Position numbers and translations under genes: made by a program
The notes under the pieces: generated by a model
What the model saw: only the letters and a program-made list of their open reading frames with translations
Database searches by the model: none
What the model was told of the DNA's origin: nothing
Source: a virus
DNA: 64,000 nucleotides
Strand: one strand, 5' to 3'
IMG/VR virus record: IMGVR_UViG_3300047369_000650
Location: 32,001-96,000 of that record
Shown here: positions 51,694 to 61,298 of the stretch, piece after piece
How positions within the stretch are numbered: position 1 is the first letter of the stretch
Layout of the letters: the number at the start of each line of letters is the position of its first letter

Positions 51694-51721
51694 AGATTAT
51701 AAACAACAGGATGATTTCGTC

Positions 51722-52501
51722 ATGAAACGATTGATTTATCAAGTGTACGTTGGAAAGCGTTCAAAACTCTATGACCACTGTGTTAACTCAGTAGCAGAAT
51801 ACTGTAAAGCACACGGCATTGTACACGAAGTACAAAAAACTCCCATACTCATGATTAAACCAGATGTATTTTCTACAAATCGCAGTAGAGAATCTTATGA
51901 AAAACATGGTGGTTACTTACCAATCTATGAAAAAGAAAACGCCTTTTCATATCTTAAAACATATGATCAAGTAGCAATAGTAGATGCTGATGTATGGATT
52001 CGTCCTGGCGCTCCAAATATCTTTGACGATTTAGAACCACAGTATGATTTTGGTGGTGTCGTTGAACGTGAGATGCCTATTACAAATCAATACAAAGGTA
52101 AGATAGCAAACTATTCACGTATGCAATACCAGACTATTAAGAAAGTGGATTGGAAGTGGAATAATCTTGGTGCGGAATTTATGAATATGGGCATTATGGT
52201 TATGAACCAAAAGATCCAAAAATATTTAAGAGGAGAAACTCCAACACAATTTATTCGTCGTCCGGAGTTTAAACCATTTGTTGATGGTATGGGTGCTTGG
52301 AAATGGTCCACTGATCAGACACTATTAAATACATGGATTCGTGAAGAAAATATGAAGATTAAAAATATGGACTGGAGATGGAACGGATTATTTACTGCTA
52401 ATACTCGCATTAAAGAGTGTCACTTTGTTCATTTCTTTTTAAAGGACCATCTTCCAAACAGAGGTGAGAATGTGGAACAATTAAGGGAATTGGTGGAATG
52501 A
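51722..52501 (+). CDS. GT-A fold glycosyltransferase (GT8/GT34-like), paralog 1
   Basis: MKRLIYQ N-terminus, AIVDADVW DxD motif, MNMGIMV, TDQTLLN, WNGL and HFVHF motifs. Confidence 0.8.
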   Translation: MKRLIYQVYVGKRSKLYDHCVNSVAEYCKAHGIVHEVQKTPILMIKPDVFSTNRSRESYEKHGGYLPIYEKENAFSYLKTYDQVAIVDADVWIRPGAPNIFDDLEPQYDFGGVVEREMPITNQYKGKIANYSRMQYQTIKKVDWKWNNLGAEFMNMGIMVMNQKIQKYLRGETPTQFIRRPEFKPFVDGMGAWKWSTDQTLLNTWIREENMKIKNMDWRWNGLFTANTRIKECHFVHFFLKDHLPNRGENVEQLRELVE

Positions 52502-53202
52502 GTTTATGGGATGATTTTTTAAAGGATATAACTAAAGAATTTAAAAACAAAGAAAATTTTTTAAAAGGAAATACTATTAGACGTTGTCTTCATCCTACAA
52601 TGGATTCAATGACAGCAATAAAATATCTTAACAAAGTTAATCATTTAGATTTTTTAAAACCAGATCCACAAACTGGAAATCCTATACACTGTATAGACAA
52701 ATTTAGTTTAGTGACTTTACAATCATCACTATATCTAAAAACTATGATAAAAAAATCTAAGTTAGATACTATTAGTGAAATACATGATATTGGTGGTGGT
52801 TATGGAAATATGGCATGGACACTAAAAAACTATGGATATGATAAAAAATATATTATATATGATTTTCCAATTATGCATGATATTCAGAAGTACTGGTTAG
52901 GAAAACAAAATATTAAAGTTGAATATAAATCATTAGATGAGTTAGATCCGGGTAAAAACTCGCATCTTATAGGCACACATAGTATAAATGAAATGGACTT
53001 ATCTGATAGAGAAAAAATACCATTTAATAAATTTAAATCGTTTTTCATTGCACATAATAAAATATTCAATGGAATAGATAATGTAAAATATTTTAGAAAT
53101 TTAGCAAAAAAATTAGATCATACTACTGAACATTTATTTTTCGGAGATGATGATGGACCATTACAGGCATCGCACTATTGGTTAACAGGGGTTAAACCAT
53201 GA
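52498..53202 (+). CDS. Putative sugar O-methyltransferase (SAM-dependent)
   Basis: IHDIGGGYGNMA SAM motif I, YIIYDFP and THSINEM motifs. Confidence 0.7.
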   Translation: MSLWDDFLKDITKEFKNKENFLKGNTIRRCLHPTMDSMTAIKYLNKVNHLDFLKPDPQTGNPIHCIDKFSLVTLQSSLYLKTMIKKSKLDTISEIHDIGGGYGNMAWTLKNYGYDKKYIIYDFPIMHDIQKYWLGKQNIKVEYKSLDELDPGKNSHLIGTHSINEMDLSDREKIPFNKFKSFFIAHNKIFNGIDNVKYFRNLAKKLDHTTEHLFFGDDDGPLQASHYWLTGVKP

Positions 53203-53870
53203 AAAATTTAATTATTCAACACTTTGATGGCGAACTTCGAGACCTTGATAAACTTTCAATAAAAAATATTCAAGAGTATGCTGAGATGGTTGGTGCTGAA
53301 TATCAATTAATAAGAGGCAAGCCATTTAGAAAACATCTTACATCCCCTTGTCAAAAAGTACACATGATAAATCAAGAATTTGATGAGTATGATCAAGTTT
53401 TAATGTTAGATATAGATATGTTTGCTCCGAAGAATATGAACGTAAATATATTTAAACAAGAAGGTGTTGGTTTATATGCTGATACACAGATTAGACTTCA
53501 TAGAAGATTAACTGAGTATTATCCCATGCAATCAAGTATTGAAGCACCTTATTGGGGTGGTGCAATATATAAATTAGATAGAAAACTAAGAAAAAAACTA
53601 AGAGCTGGTCTCGGCGGAAATGAAAATTGGATGAATAACTATAATAAGTTATATCATTTTGAAGATGAAGGCATTATGCACACATTAGCTTGGAAAGCTG
53701 GAATACCAATAAAAGGTATGATATTAGATAGAAAATGGTGTCAATGCAGTTTTCTTCCGAATCCAGAAAAAGCTGGATTTATTCATATTCGCACAAAGAT
53801 TACACCATCGGGACCGAAAAGAGAAAAAATAGAAAATTACAATGAACTAGTTTCAAAAGGAATATTGTAA
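53199..53870 (+). CDS. GT-A fold glycosyltransferase, paralog 2
   Basis: MKNLIIQ N-terminus, LMLDIDMF DxD motif, WGGAIY, DEG and FIHIR motifs. Confidence 0.72.
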   Translation: MKNLIIQHFDGELRDLDKLSIKNIQEYAEMVGAEYQLIRGKPFRKHLTSPCQKVHMINQEFDEYDQVLMLDIDMFAPKNMNVNIFKQEGVGLYADTQIRLHRRLTEYYPMQSSIEAPYWGGAIYKLDRKLRKKLRAGLGGNENWMNNYNKLYHFEDEGIMHTLAWKAGIPIKGMILDRKWCQCSFLPNPEKAGFIHIRTKITPSGPKREKIENYNELVSKGIL

Positions 53871-53888
53871 AAAACAAGGACATACGTT

Positions 53889-55055
53889 TTGGAAATAAGA
53901 AACCCAATTGATTTATTGACACATAAAAGATTTGATGTTCCTATTAAATATATGTATGCATCAAATTTATCAAGTAATTTTTATAAAAATGCATATAAAG
54001 AACATTTAAGAGTTTGGAATAATTTTCGTGAAGGAACACCAAATAAAAATGGTTTTGAAGATTTTGATAATGCATTTAAATCAATAATTAATAGTGTTGT
54101 TGATGAGCCAGTTCCAGTAAATAATGAAGGACACCTTGCAAACGGCGCTCATAGATTAGCAGCAGCATTATATCATCAAAGACCTATTAATACTAGAAAT
54201 ACAAATGATAGAGAAAATTATCACATAGAATGTGATTATAGTTTTTTTATTAAAAAAGGTTTATCGCAAACAATTTTAAAAAGAACAGCATTAGAATATG
54301 CAAAACTTAAATCTAATACACACGTTATTTGTTTATTTCCTATTGCACATACTCGTATTCAAGAAGTTATGAATATAATTAGTAAATATTGTAATATATT
54401 TTATCATTCATCTACACAATTAAATTCTGAAGGGCAACTCGGATTAATGAAAGAAATATATCTCGATGATGGTTGGGCAAATGAAGAAGGCATAAGGAGA
54501 AAGGGAAATCAATGCTTTATGGGATATCCTAATGTTACATTTGTATTAGTGGATGGAAAAAATCTTGAAACTGTGAAAGAAATGAAGAAAAAAATTAGAG
54601 CATTGTTTAATGTCGGTAACCATTCTGTTCATATTAATGATTCGCATGAAGAAACTGTTAGGATAGCAAAAACTGTATTCAATGACAATAGCATACACTT
54701 TCTTAATAATAGAAAGAATATTTCTTTTCCGAAGTATAAAAAACTTATGGCTAATATGAAACCAAACGATAATGAAGTAATTACTGGTTCAACGGTATTA
54801 TCGCTATATGGTTTAAGAGATTGTAAGGATATAGATTTAATCTATTATAATAATCCGCCTGCTGACTCTCATAATCAATATTTAGAAACACACTATAAAC
54901 TAACTCTTGATGATATTATTAATAATCCACTATATCACTTGTATTATCAAGGTTTTAAATATGTGTCTTTAAATGTAATAAAGAATATGAAAAAATTAAG
55001 AAATGAACAAAAAGATATTATAGATGTAAATCTAATAGAGAAAATAAGAGCTTAA
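53889..55055 (+). CDS. Hypothetical three-domain protein: ParB/Srx-like, NDK-like and nucleotidyltransferase-like
   Basis: PVPV...NGAHRLAAALY; THVICLFP...KIRALF...HSVHINDSHEET; ITGS...DIDL. TTG start with AAGGA SD. Confidence 0.5.
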   Translation: MEIRNPIDLLTHKRFDVPIKYMYASNLSSNFYKNAYKEHLRVWNNFREGTPNKNGFEDFDNAFKSIINSVVDEPVPVNNEGHLANGAHRLAAALYHQRPINTRNTNDRENYHIECDYSFFIKKGLSQTILKRTALEYAKLKSNTHVICLFPIAHTRIQEVMNIISKYCNIFYHSSTQLNSEGQLGLMKEIYLDDGWANEEGIRRKGNQCFMGYPNVTFVLVDGKNLETVKEMKKKIRALFNVGNHSVHINDSHEETVRIAKTVFNDNSIHFLNNRKNISFPKYKKLMANMKPNDNEVITGSTVLSLYGLRDCKDIDLIYYNNPPADSHNQYLETHYKLTLDDIINNPLYHLYYQGFKYVSLNVIKNMKKLRNEQKDIIDVNLIEKIRA

Positions 55056-55056
55056 A

Positions 55057-55878
55057 ATGAAAAACTTAATTTATCAAGTGTGGGCTGGAAAGCTTTCAGA
55101 AGAAGCAAAAGTTAGTAGTAAATTGATGAAAGCCTATGCTGAAAAAATTGGTGCAGAATATATACTTGATTTAAATCCAAATATTGCTAGTAAAATATGC
55201 GATGTTCCTATGTACTTCGAATGGTTAAATCCGATAATAGATGATAGATTTCTAAAGTACGATAAAATTCTATCAGTTGACTTAGATGTATTTCCGGTAG
55301 AAAATTTAAAAGAAAATATATTTAAAGAAGACGTTGGTGACATAGGCGCATGTACTGAACCGTTTCAAGGAAAACAGAGAGCAACAGTGACTGTAGGTGG
55401 TCACATAAATAGACAAAATGATGAAAAATGGGCAGCTGTTGTAAAGAAAAATTGGGGTATTAGTCTTCCAAGAGATGAAGACGATAATCTTAAAGTATAT
55501 AACGCTGGTATGGTGGTTTTTACTAAAGAAGGAATAGAAAAAGCAAAAGAATGGATGCCTTTCCAAGAATATATTGATTTCATGAGAAATAAAGGATTTG
55601 GAAGATTCTATACGGTAGATCAAAATTATTTCCACTTAATGGTATTTGCAAACGCAAATATAGATTTTAGAGAAATGAATAACGGATGGAATTCTCAAAT
55701 ACATTATGTTAGAGGTCCATTAGCAATAACTAACAATATAAATGATGAGAGAAATGAAAATACAAAATTTGTACATGTACAAATGACCGGACATAAGTGG
55801 AATGAACAAAGCCTTTATGAAATTGTAAATCTTTCACGAAGTAAATGGAGATTTAAATATAGTGAAATTAGTAGATAA
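55057..55878 (+). CDS. GT-A fold glycosyltransferase, paralog 3
   Basis: MKNLIYQ N-terminus, SVDLDVF DxD motif, YNAGMVVF, VDQNY, WN and FVHV motifs. Confidence 0.8.
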   Translation: MKNLIYQVWAGKLSEEAKVSSKLMKAYAEKIGAEYILDLNPNIASKICDVPMYFEWLNPIIDDRFLKYDKILSVDLDVFPVENLKENIFKEDVGDIGACTEPFQGKQRATVTVGGHINRQNDEKWAAVVKKNWGISLPRDEDDNLKVYNAGMVVFTKEGIEKAKEWMPFQEYIDFMRNKGFGRFYTVDQNYFHLMVFANANIDFREMNNGWNSQIHYVRGPLAITNNINDERNENTKFVHVQMTGHKWNEQSLYEIVNLSRSKWRFKYSEISR

Positions 55879-55894
55879 TCTGTAAGGAGAGCAA

Positions 55895-56533
55895 ATGGCC
55901 AAAAAGTTAAAGGATACATTACAAAGCATAATGGTTAATTACGACCCGTTTAGAATAAAAGAAAGAGAAAGTAAAAGTGGTAAACCAGTGGGTAGATCAC
56001 TAGTGTTAGAAAATTTGATTAAAGAAAATAATCTGAAAACTGGAGCTGAATTAGGCGTAAGAGCTGGTGAAAATTATTATTATCTACTAGCGCACTGCCC
56101 TGATCTTGAATTACTCGGAGTGGATCTATTTCAAATACAACCAGAAGGTGCTGGTGAAGGCCATAGGCGCAAAACTTTTGAAAAGCCAGAGCACGGCTTT
56201 TCATATGACTTTGAATCATATTATAAATTTATTCAAGAACTACAAAAAGAATTTGGGCCTCGAGCAAAGTTTATTCGCGATTGGACTACAGAAGCAGTTA
56301 AACAAATACCAGATAATAGTTTAGATTTTATTTTTCTTGACGCTGACCACGCATATAAAACAGTAGTAAGAGATATTGAAGATTGGAATCCAAAAGTCAA
56401 AAAAGGTGGATATATTACCGGTCATGACTGGTACCAGTCTCCAGTTAAAAAGGCAGTTACGGATGTTTTAGGTAGAAAAGATATTCAAATAAAACAAGAC
56501 AACGTATGGATATATAGGAAAAAGAATGATTAA
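55895..56533 (+). CDS. Class I SAM-dependent methyltransferase (Methyltransf_24-like)
   Basis: GAELGVRAG, LLGVD, LDFIFLDADHAY and KKGGYITGHDW motifs. Confidence 0.88.
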   Translation: MAKKLKDTLQSIMVNYDPFRIKERESKSGKPVGRSLVLENLIKENNLKTGAELGVRAGENYYYLLAHCPDLELLGVDLFQIQPEGAGEGHRRKTFEKPEHGFSYDFESYYKFIQELQKEFGPRAKFIRDWTTEAVKQIPDNSLDFIFLDADHAYKTVVRDIEDWNPKVKKGGYITGHDWYQSPVKKAVTDVLGRKDIQIKQDNVWIYRKKND

Positions 56534-57098
56534 TTCTGAATTAGGACATGTAAAAACTCTTGAAGAGTTTAATAGTGAAATTCGTAGACAGCAAGAAGAA
56601 GCGCATGGTAAGGGTTATACCGATATTCATGATGCAATACAAAAATATCTAAAAAAAGAAGATGTTTATATGGAATTTGGTACACACCAGGGTGGAACCG
56701 CTTCTGCTGCTATGTTAGCTAAACCTAAAAGTGTTATTATGGTAGATATAGATCCTTCAAGATATTATAAATTTCTAAGCCCTATTGCTAATAAGTTTTG
56801 TGAAGAAAATAATATTGAACTAAAGATGAAACAGACTAGTTCAATAGGGCTAGGAGCAGTTGCAAATTGTGATATGCTTGTAATAGATTCAGTTCATACC
56901 ACTACTTTTATGAATCAAGAGTTATCTTTACATGGGGGAAATGTAAATAAGTATATTATAGCACATGATACCAGTGAACTATTCGGAAAGAAAAATGACA
57001 GTTTATTCCAAGTCTTAAATAATTTTGCAATTGCAAATAATTGGAAAATTATTGAAAGAGGGACAATAAATGTTGGATACACAGTTTTAGGAAAGTAA
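56526..57098 (+). CDS. Class I SAM-dependent methyltransferase-like protein
   Basis: YMEFGTHQGG, DMLVIDSVH and YIIAHDT motifs. Confidence 0.75.
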   Translation: MINSELGHVKTLEEFNSEIRRQQEEAHGKGYTDIHDAIQKYLKKEDVYMEFGTHQGGTASAAMLAKPKSVIMVDIDPSRYYKFLSPIANKFCEENNIELKMKQTSSIGLGAVANCDMLVIDSVHTTTFMNQELSLHGGNVNKYIIAHDTSELFGKKNDSLFQVLNNFAIANNWKIIERGTINVGYTVLGK

Positions 57099-57102
57099 TC
57101 AA

Positions 57103-57669
57103 ATGGAAGTTTATAAGTACGAAGATTATGATGACTATATCAGATGGCAAAAGAAAATTAATAAGTCAAAAAAAGGATGGGTATATGTAAAAGAAAAGAC
57201 GATTGAAAATATATCTAAAGAATGCCCGTTTGCTTCTCAGATATTATGCCATGGAACTAGAGCAGGTGCTGAACAAAAATATTTTAAAAAATATCTGCCA
57301 AATGCAGAAATAATAGGTACTGAAATAGGCGATAATGCTTTAGAATATGAAATGACCATACAACACGATTTTAATAAACAGTTACCCGAGTTTATTAATA
57401 AATTTGACATTGTTTATTCAAATTCTTTTGATCACAGTATAAACCCAAAAGAAACTTTAAAGGTATGGGGAAATCAATTAAATAATAATGGAAAATTATT
57501 TTTAGAATTTAATGAAAGAGATAGCGTTAAAAATTATGCTCCAGATCCCGTTTATGCAACTAATAAAGAAATAGAAAAATTGCTGATTCAAGAAAATCTT
57601 AACATTATTAAAAAATTAACTAAAGATAATAAAAGTGGTGGTGTAGTTTTTGTTTGTAAGAAAGGATAA
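57103..57669 (+). CDS. SAM-dependent methyltransferase-like protein
   Basis: ILCHGTRAG, IIGTEI, FDIVYSNSFDHS and GKLFLE motifs. Confidence 0.65.
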   Translation: MEVYKYEDYDDYIRWQKKINKSKKGWVYVKEKTIENISKECPFASQILCHGTRAGAEQKYFKKYLPNAEIIGTEIGDNALEYEMTIQHDFNKQLPEFINKFDIVYSNSFDHSINPKETLKVWGNQLNNNGKLFLEFNERDSVKNYAPDPVYATNKEIEKLLIQENLNIIKKLTKDNKSGGVVFVCKKG

Positions 57670-57680
57670 AAAGTTTTAAA

Positions 57681-58379
57681 ATGGAAGCTTATGCTATAGT
57701 AATTGAAGGTAATGAAATATCTGAAGCTGGATATGCAGCTTTAGCTAAAAGTTCATATGATGTAAAAAATGAATTTAAACTGAAACAGTTTAAAGCCATT
57801 ACTCCCGATGTAGTAGAAAAAGATATGTATGATCAAGATGTTCAATGGACATATCCTTGGGAAGGTTCTGTTGTTGATTTTGCTTCGGGTCTTACAAAGT
57901 CTGCTTATGTGACTGCCAACCCAAAGGCAAGAATGGCATGTGCCATGAGTCATTTTTCTTTATGGCAACTTTGCTTTGAAAGAAGACAACCTATTATTAT
58001 ATTAGAACACGATGCTATCTTTACTCAGAAAATAGATTTTATACCAGATGATACCGGATTTGATATTGTTGGTTTAAATAATCCTCTTGGTGCTACTCGT
58101 AGAGCAAAACAATATCATGATTCCATATTAAAAAATAAGCAAGCATTTCAGCTAACACCTTATGTGGATGAAGATATGAAAGCTCCTCAAGGGCTTGCTG
58201 GAAACTCAGCATACTTCATAAAACCAGAGGGTGCCGAACAAATGATTTCTTTGGTTTATAAGTATGGTATGTGGCCAAATGATGCACTTATGTGTAGACA
58301 ACTTGTAAATGGGTTAGGAGTAACTAGAAAATTCTATACTAGAATACAAGGCCTTAAATCAACTACAACAAGGAGTTAA
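57681..58379 (+). CDS. Glycosyltransferase family 25-like, copy 1
   Basis: ACAMSHFSLWQLC, IIILEHDAIF and GNSAYFIKPEGA motifs. Confidence 0.85.
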   Translation: MEAYAIVIEGNEISEAGYAALAKSSYDVKNEFKLKQFKAITPDVVEKDMYDQDVQWTYPWEGSVVDFASGLTKSAYVTANPKARMACAMSHFSLWQLCFERRQPIIILEHDAIFTQKIDFIPDDTGFDIVGLNNPLGATRRAKQYHDSILKNKQAFQLTPYVDEDMKAPQGLAGNSAYFIKPEGAEQMISLVYKYGMWPNDALMCRQLVNGLGVTRKFYTRIQGLKSTTTRS

Positions 58380-58382
58380 AAT

Positions 58383-58562
58383 ATGTGGACTGTGAAAAGA
58401 GAAAAAGATGGTGAAATTATTGCAATGTGTTCTACACTTAAAGATGCTGAAGCAATGGCATGCAAAGATTTAAATCATGGAATACACTATACAATTGAAG
58501 AAATGGAAGACGGTCCAGAAATAAGAGAAGTGTACCGTTCGGTTTATAAAACAAGGTTATAA
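58383..58562 (+). CDS. Small hypothetical protein (59 aa; not in the ORF track)
   Basis: AGGAG SD; ATG at 58383; MWTVKREKDGEIIAMCS...KTRL; fills the gap exactly. Confidence 0.65.
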   Translation: MWTVKREKDGEIIAMCSTLKDAEAMACKDLNHGIHYTIEEMEDGPEIREVYRSVYKTRL

Positions 58563-58563
58563 T

Positions 58564-58896
58564 ATGAAATATGTGATAGATATTGATGGTACTATTTGCA
58601 AAGAAGTTATTATGGAAAATGGTAAGAAAGATTATGAAAATCATATACCCCTTCCCGAAAGAATTGCAAAGGTAAATAGACTGTATGAGGCTGGTCATAC
58701 TATTAAATATATGACAGCACGTGGTATTACTAGTGGTATAGATTATGAACCACTAACTAGACGACAACTTATGGCTTGGGGTGCAAAATATCACGAATTA
58801 AGTGTTGGTAAGAAAGAACACTATGATGTATGGATAGACGATAAAGCTTTTTGGAGTGAGAACTTCTTCCGTGAAACAGGAGAGACATATGAATGA
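58564..58896 (+). CDS. Small HAD-superfamily phosphatase (capsule-biosynthesis-phosphatase-like)
   Basis: VIDIDGTIC motif I, TARG motif II and WIDDK motif IV. Confidence 0.85.
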   Translation: MKYVIDIDGTICKEVIMENGKKDYENHIPLPERIAKVNRLYEAGHTIKYMTARGITSGIDYEPLTRRQLMAWGAKYHELSVGKKEHYDVWIDDKAFWSENFFRETGETYE

Positions 58897-59734
58897 TCTA
58901 AAGTTCACATCGGCTGGTGATTTTCTAAAGAGTCAAGAACCCGTTAAACAGTTTATTGCAGCTATGGATAATAGTGGCGGTAGTGCTGGTGGTGTTCTTG
59001 ATCTATATGATAGAGAATGGGATGAGAAAAATAAAATGGAACGCATACACGAATTTCGTCTTAGAATGATGTCTGCTCCAGAATTTACAAGTGATAATAT
59101 CTTTGGTGCTATTCTCTATAAAGATAGTGTAGAACGTGGTGCTGTTAATGTTTTAGATAAAAAATGTATTCGTAGTATTATTAAGATTGATGATGGATGC
59201 GAAGCTGATGGAACATTAAAGCCCTTTGATATAGATGGTATGATACAATATACTTTAGATCATGGTTGCTACGGGACTAAAATGAGAAGTGTTGTAAAAT
59301 CTGAAAATATTATGATACCAATCGTAAAACAACAAATGATATATGCAGAAAAAATAGCTGAAGCGGGATTGGTTCCTATTATAGAACCAGAAGTACCTAT
59401 TGATCACCCATTAAAAGAAAAAATTGAAAGTAATCTTTCTGTTTATTTGGAATCTTGTCTTACTAAATTTCAAGGTGATTGTATATTAAAAGTAACACCT
59501 CCTGAAAAACCAGGCTTATATGATTATTTTACAAAATTAAAAAATGTAAAAGTAGTGTTTCTTAGTGGTGGCTATTCTACAAAAGAAGCATGTAAAAGAT
59601 TATCCAAAAATTCTGGAGTCTCGGCAAGTTTTAGTAGAGCATTAAGTGAAGGTTTAGAATATCCACAGTCGGATAAAGAGTTTAATGACGTAATAGATAG
59701 TAATATAAGAAAAATTGTATTAGCTTCTGGATAA
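58889..59734 (+). CDS. fda: Class I fructose-1,6-bisphosphate aldolase (Staphylococcus Fda-type)
   Basis: FIAAMDNSGGS, GAIL, KIDDG, GTKMRS, GLVPIIEPEV, ILKVT, LSGGYS and ASFSRAL motifs. AGGAG SD favours the ATG at 58889. Confidence 0.92.
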   Translation: MNDLKFTSAGDFLKSQEPVKQFIAAMDNSGGSAGGVLDLYDREWDEKNKMERIHEFRLRMMSAPEFTSDNIFGAILYKDSVERGAVNVLDKKCIRSIIKIDDGCEADGTLKPFDIDGMIQYTLDHGCYGTKMRSVVKSENIMIPIVKQQMIYAEKIAEAGLVPIIEPEVPIDHPLKEKIESNLSVYLESCLTKFQGDCILKVTPPEKPGLYDYFTKLKNVKVVFLSGGYSTKEACKRLSKNSGVSASFSRALSEGLEYPQSDKEFNDVIDSNIRKIVLASG

Positions 59735-59737
59735 AAT

Positions 59738-59962
59738 ATGCAACATACTATTGAAGAATTAATTAGAAGAATAGATTTAATGAAAGATAAAGCTATTCAA
59801 GTTCATAGATTAAGAAATGAATTTTCAGAGATTTCTTACAGAGAATATGATCACGAAACGTGTAAACATCTTATATCCGATATACAGTCTATAGCTATGG
59901 GTATAGCAAATGATAGACAAGGGTCTGAAATTAAAACTGAAATGGATGAATGGAAAAAATGA
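59738..59962 (+). CDS. Hypothetical protein (74 aa, helical)
   Basis: ORF fills the gap between the aldolase and GT25 and is coupled to the next gene by ATGA. Confidence 0.6.
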   Translation: MQHTIEELIRRIDLMKDKAIQVHRLRNEFSEISYREYDHETCKHLISDIQSIAMGIANDRQGSEIKTEMDEWKK

Positions 59963-60612
59963 AAGCTTTTGTTATAACAGTTGAAAATATTGAAGAGTCT
60001 GTACAGGCAGCAGAAAGATGTATTAACTCTGCAAGTCAGAATGGTTTTATAGTAAATAAACACTTTGGAATCACACCAGAAGATGATCCAGTAAAATTAT
60101 TTAAAGACAAGGGTCTTCCAACAAAGAATTTTGAGAATAATAAATATTCAAGATATGAAAGATGTTTATCTGCATTTCTATCTCATAGATCACTTTGGGA
60201 GTTATGTGCTGCAGATAAAAGAAATTACCTTATACTAGAGCATGATGCGATAATTAATAATGCACTATCAACTAGTATAATGCACGGAAACGAAATGATT
60301 GTTTCTCTTGGCGAACCATCTTACGGTAAATATAACACACCTCAGTCCATTGGTATAGGACCTTTAGTTTCTAAACAATATTTTCCGGGTGCTCATGCAT
60401 ATGTAATGTCTCCAAAAGGGGCAAAGGCTGCTCTTGAAAAATCTTTAACCGATGCAGCACCTACTGATATATTCTTTAATAATAATAATTTTCCATGGCT
60501 GAAAGAATTTTATCCTTGGCCAATATCGGTAAAAGAAAATTTCACTACAATTCAGAAGACTGAAGGATGCTTAGCCAAACATGGTTATAGTGAAGGATAT
60601 AGTTTATTATGA
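59959..60612 (+). CDS. Glycosyltransferase family 25-like, copy 2
   Basis: MKAFVI start (ATGA overlap), SAFLSHRSLWELC, YLILEHDAII and GAHAYVMSPKGA motifs. Confidence 0.85.
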   Translation: MKAFVITVENIEESVQAAERCINSASQNGFIVNKHFGITPEDDPVKLFKDKGLPTKNFENNKYSRYERCLSAFLSHRSLWELCAADKRNYLILEHDAIINNALSTSIMHGNEMIVSLGEPSYGKYNTPQSIGIGPLVSKQYFPGAHAYVMSPKGAKAALEKSLTDAAPTDIFFNNNNFPWLKEFYPWPISVKENFTTIQKTEGCLAKHGYSEGYSLL

Positions 60613-61295
60613 TTACAATAGCATGTGTATATTGGGGTGATAAATTTCCTATAGCATATCTTGAAAATCTTAGATCAATGATTAAGAGAAATACTACAGT
60701 TGAACATAAGTTTGTTGTTCTTACTGATAGACATAGAAAAGGTTTTGATTGCAGAATACTTAAACCAGGATTTACTGGTTGGTGGAATAAACTACAGCTA
60801 TTTGATACATTTCATAAACTAGGGGATAGATGTTTCTATTTTGATTTAGACACTGTAATCACTAGTGATCTTGATTGGCTATTTAAATATGATGGAGACT
60901 TTCTTGGAATTGAAGATGTTGGTTCTGTAAATTCACATCAACCGCACTTAAAAAATGTATTACAGTCGGCAGTAATGTCTTGGACTCCTATGGTTGGTGC
61001 AAGTATATGGAATGAATTTATATTAAGAAAAGATTGGGCAGTAAAATCTTTTCGTGGTGATGGAGAATATTTGCATGCATCGGTTCCAAAATATCAGAGA
61101 GAATTATTACAGAAGAAGTATCCAGGCAAATTAAAGTCATATAAGTACCAGATATATAATAAGGGTTTAGATAAAGACACATCTATTGTATGCTTTCATG
61201 GGAGACCTAGTATTATTCAAGCAATGGATGAAACAGTAGTCACGCCTATGCAAACATTTGAACCACAGGATTGGATTAAAGATTATTGGAGATAA
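60609..61295 (+). CDS. GT-A fold glycosyltransferase
   Basis: CVYWGDKF, GWWNKLQLF, FYFDLDTVI DxD motif and IVCFHGRP. Confidence 0.8.
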   Translation: MITIACVYWGDKFPIAYLENLRSMIKRNTTVEHKFVVLTDRHRKGFDCRILKPGFTGWWNKLQLFDTFHKLGDRCFYFDLDTVITSDLDWLFKYDGDFLGIEDVGSVNSHQPHLKNVLQSAVMSWTPMVGASIWNEFILRKDWAVKSFRGDGEYLHASVPKYQRELLQKKYPGKLKSYKYQIYNKGLDKDTSIVCFHGRPSIIQAMDETVVTPMQTFEPQDWIKDYWR

Positions 61296-61298
61296 TTT

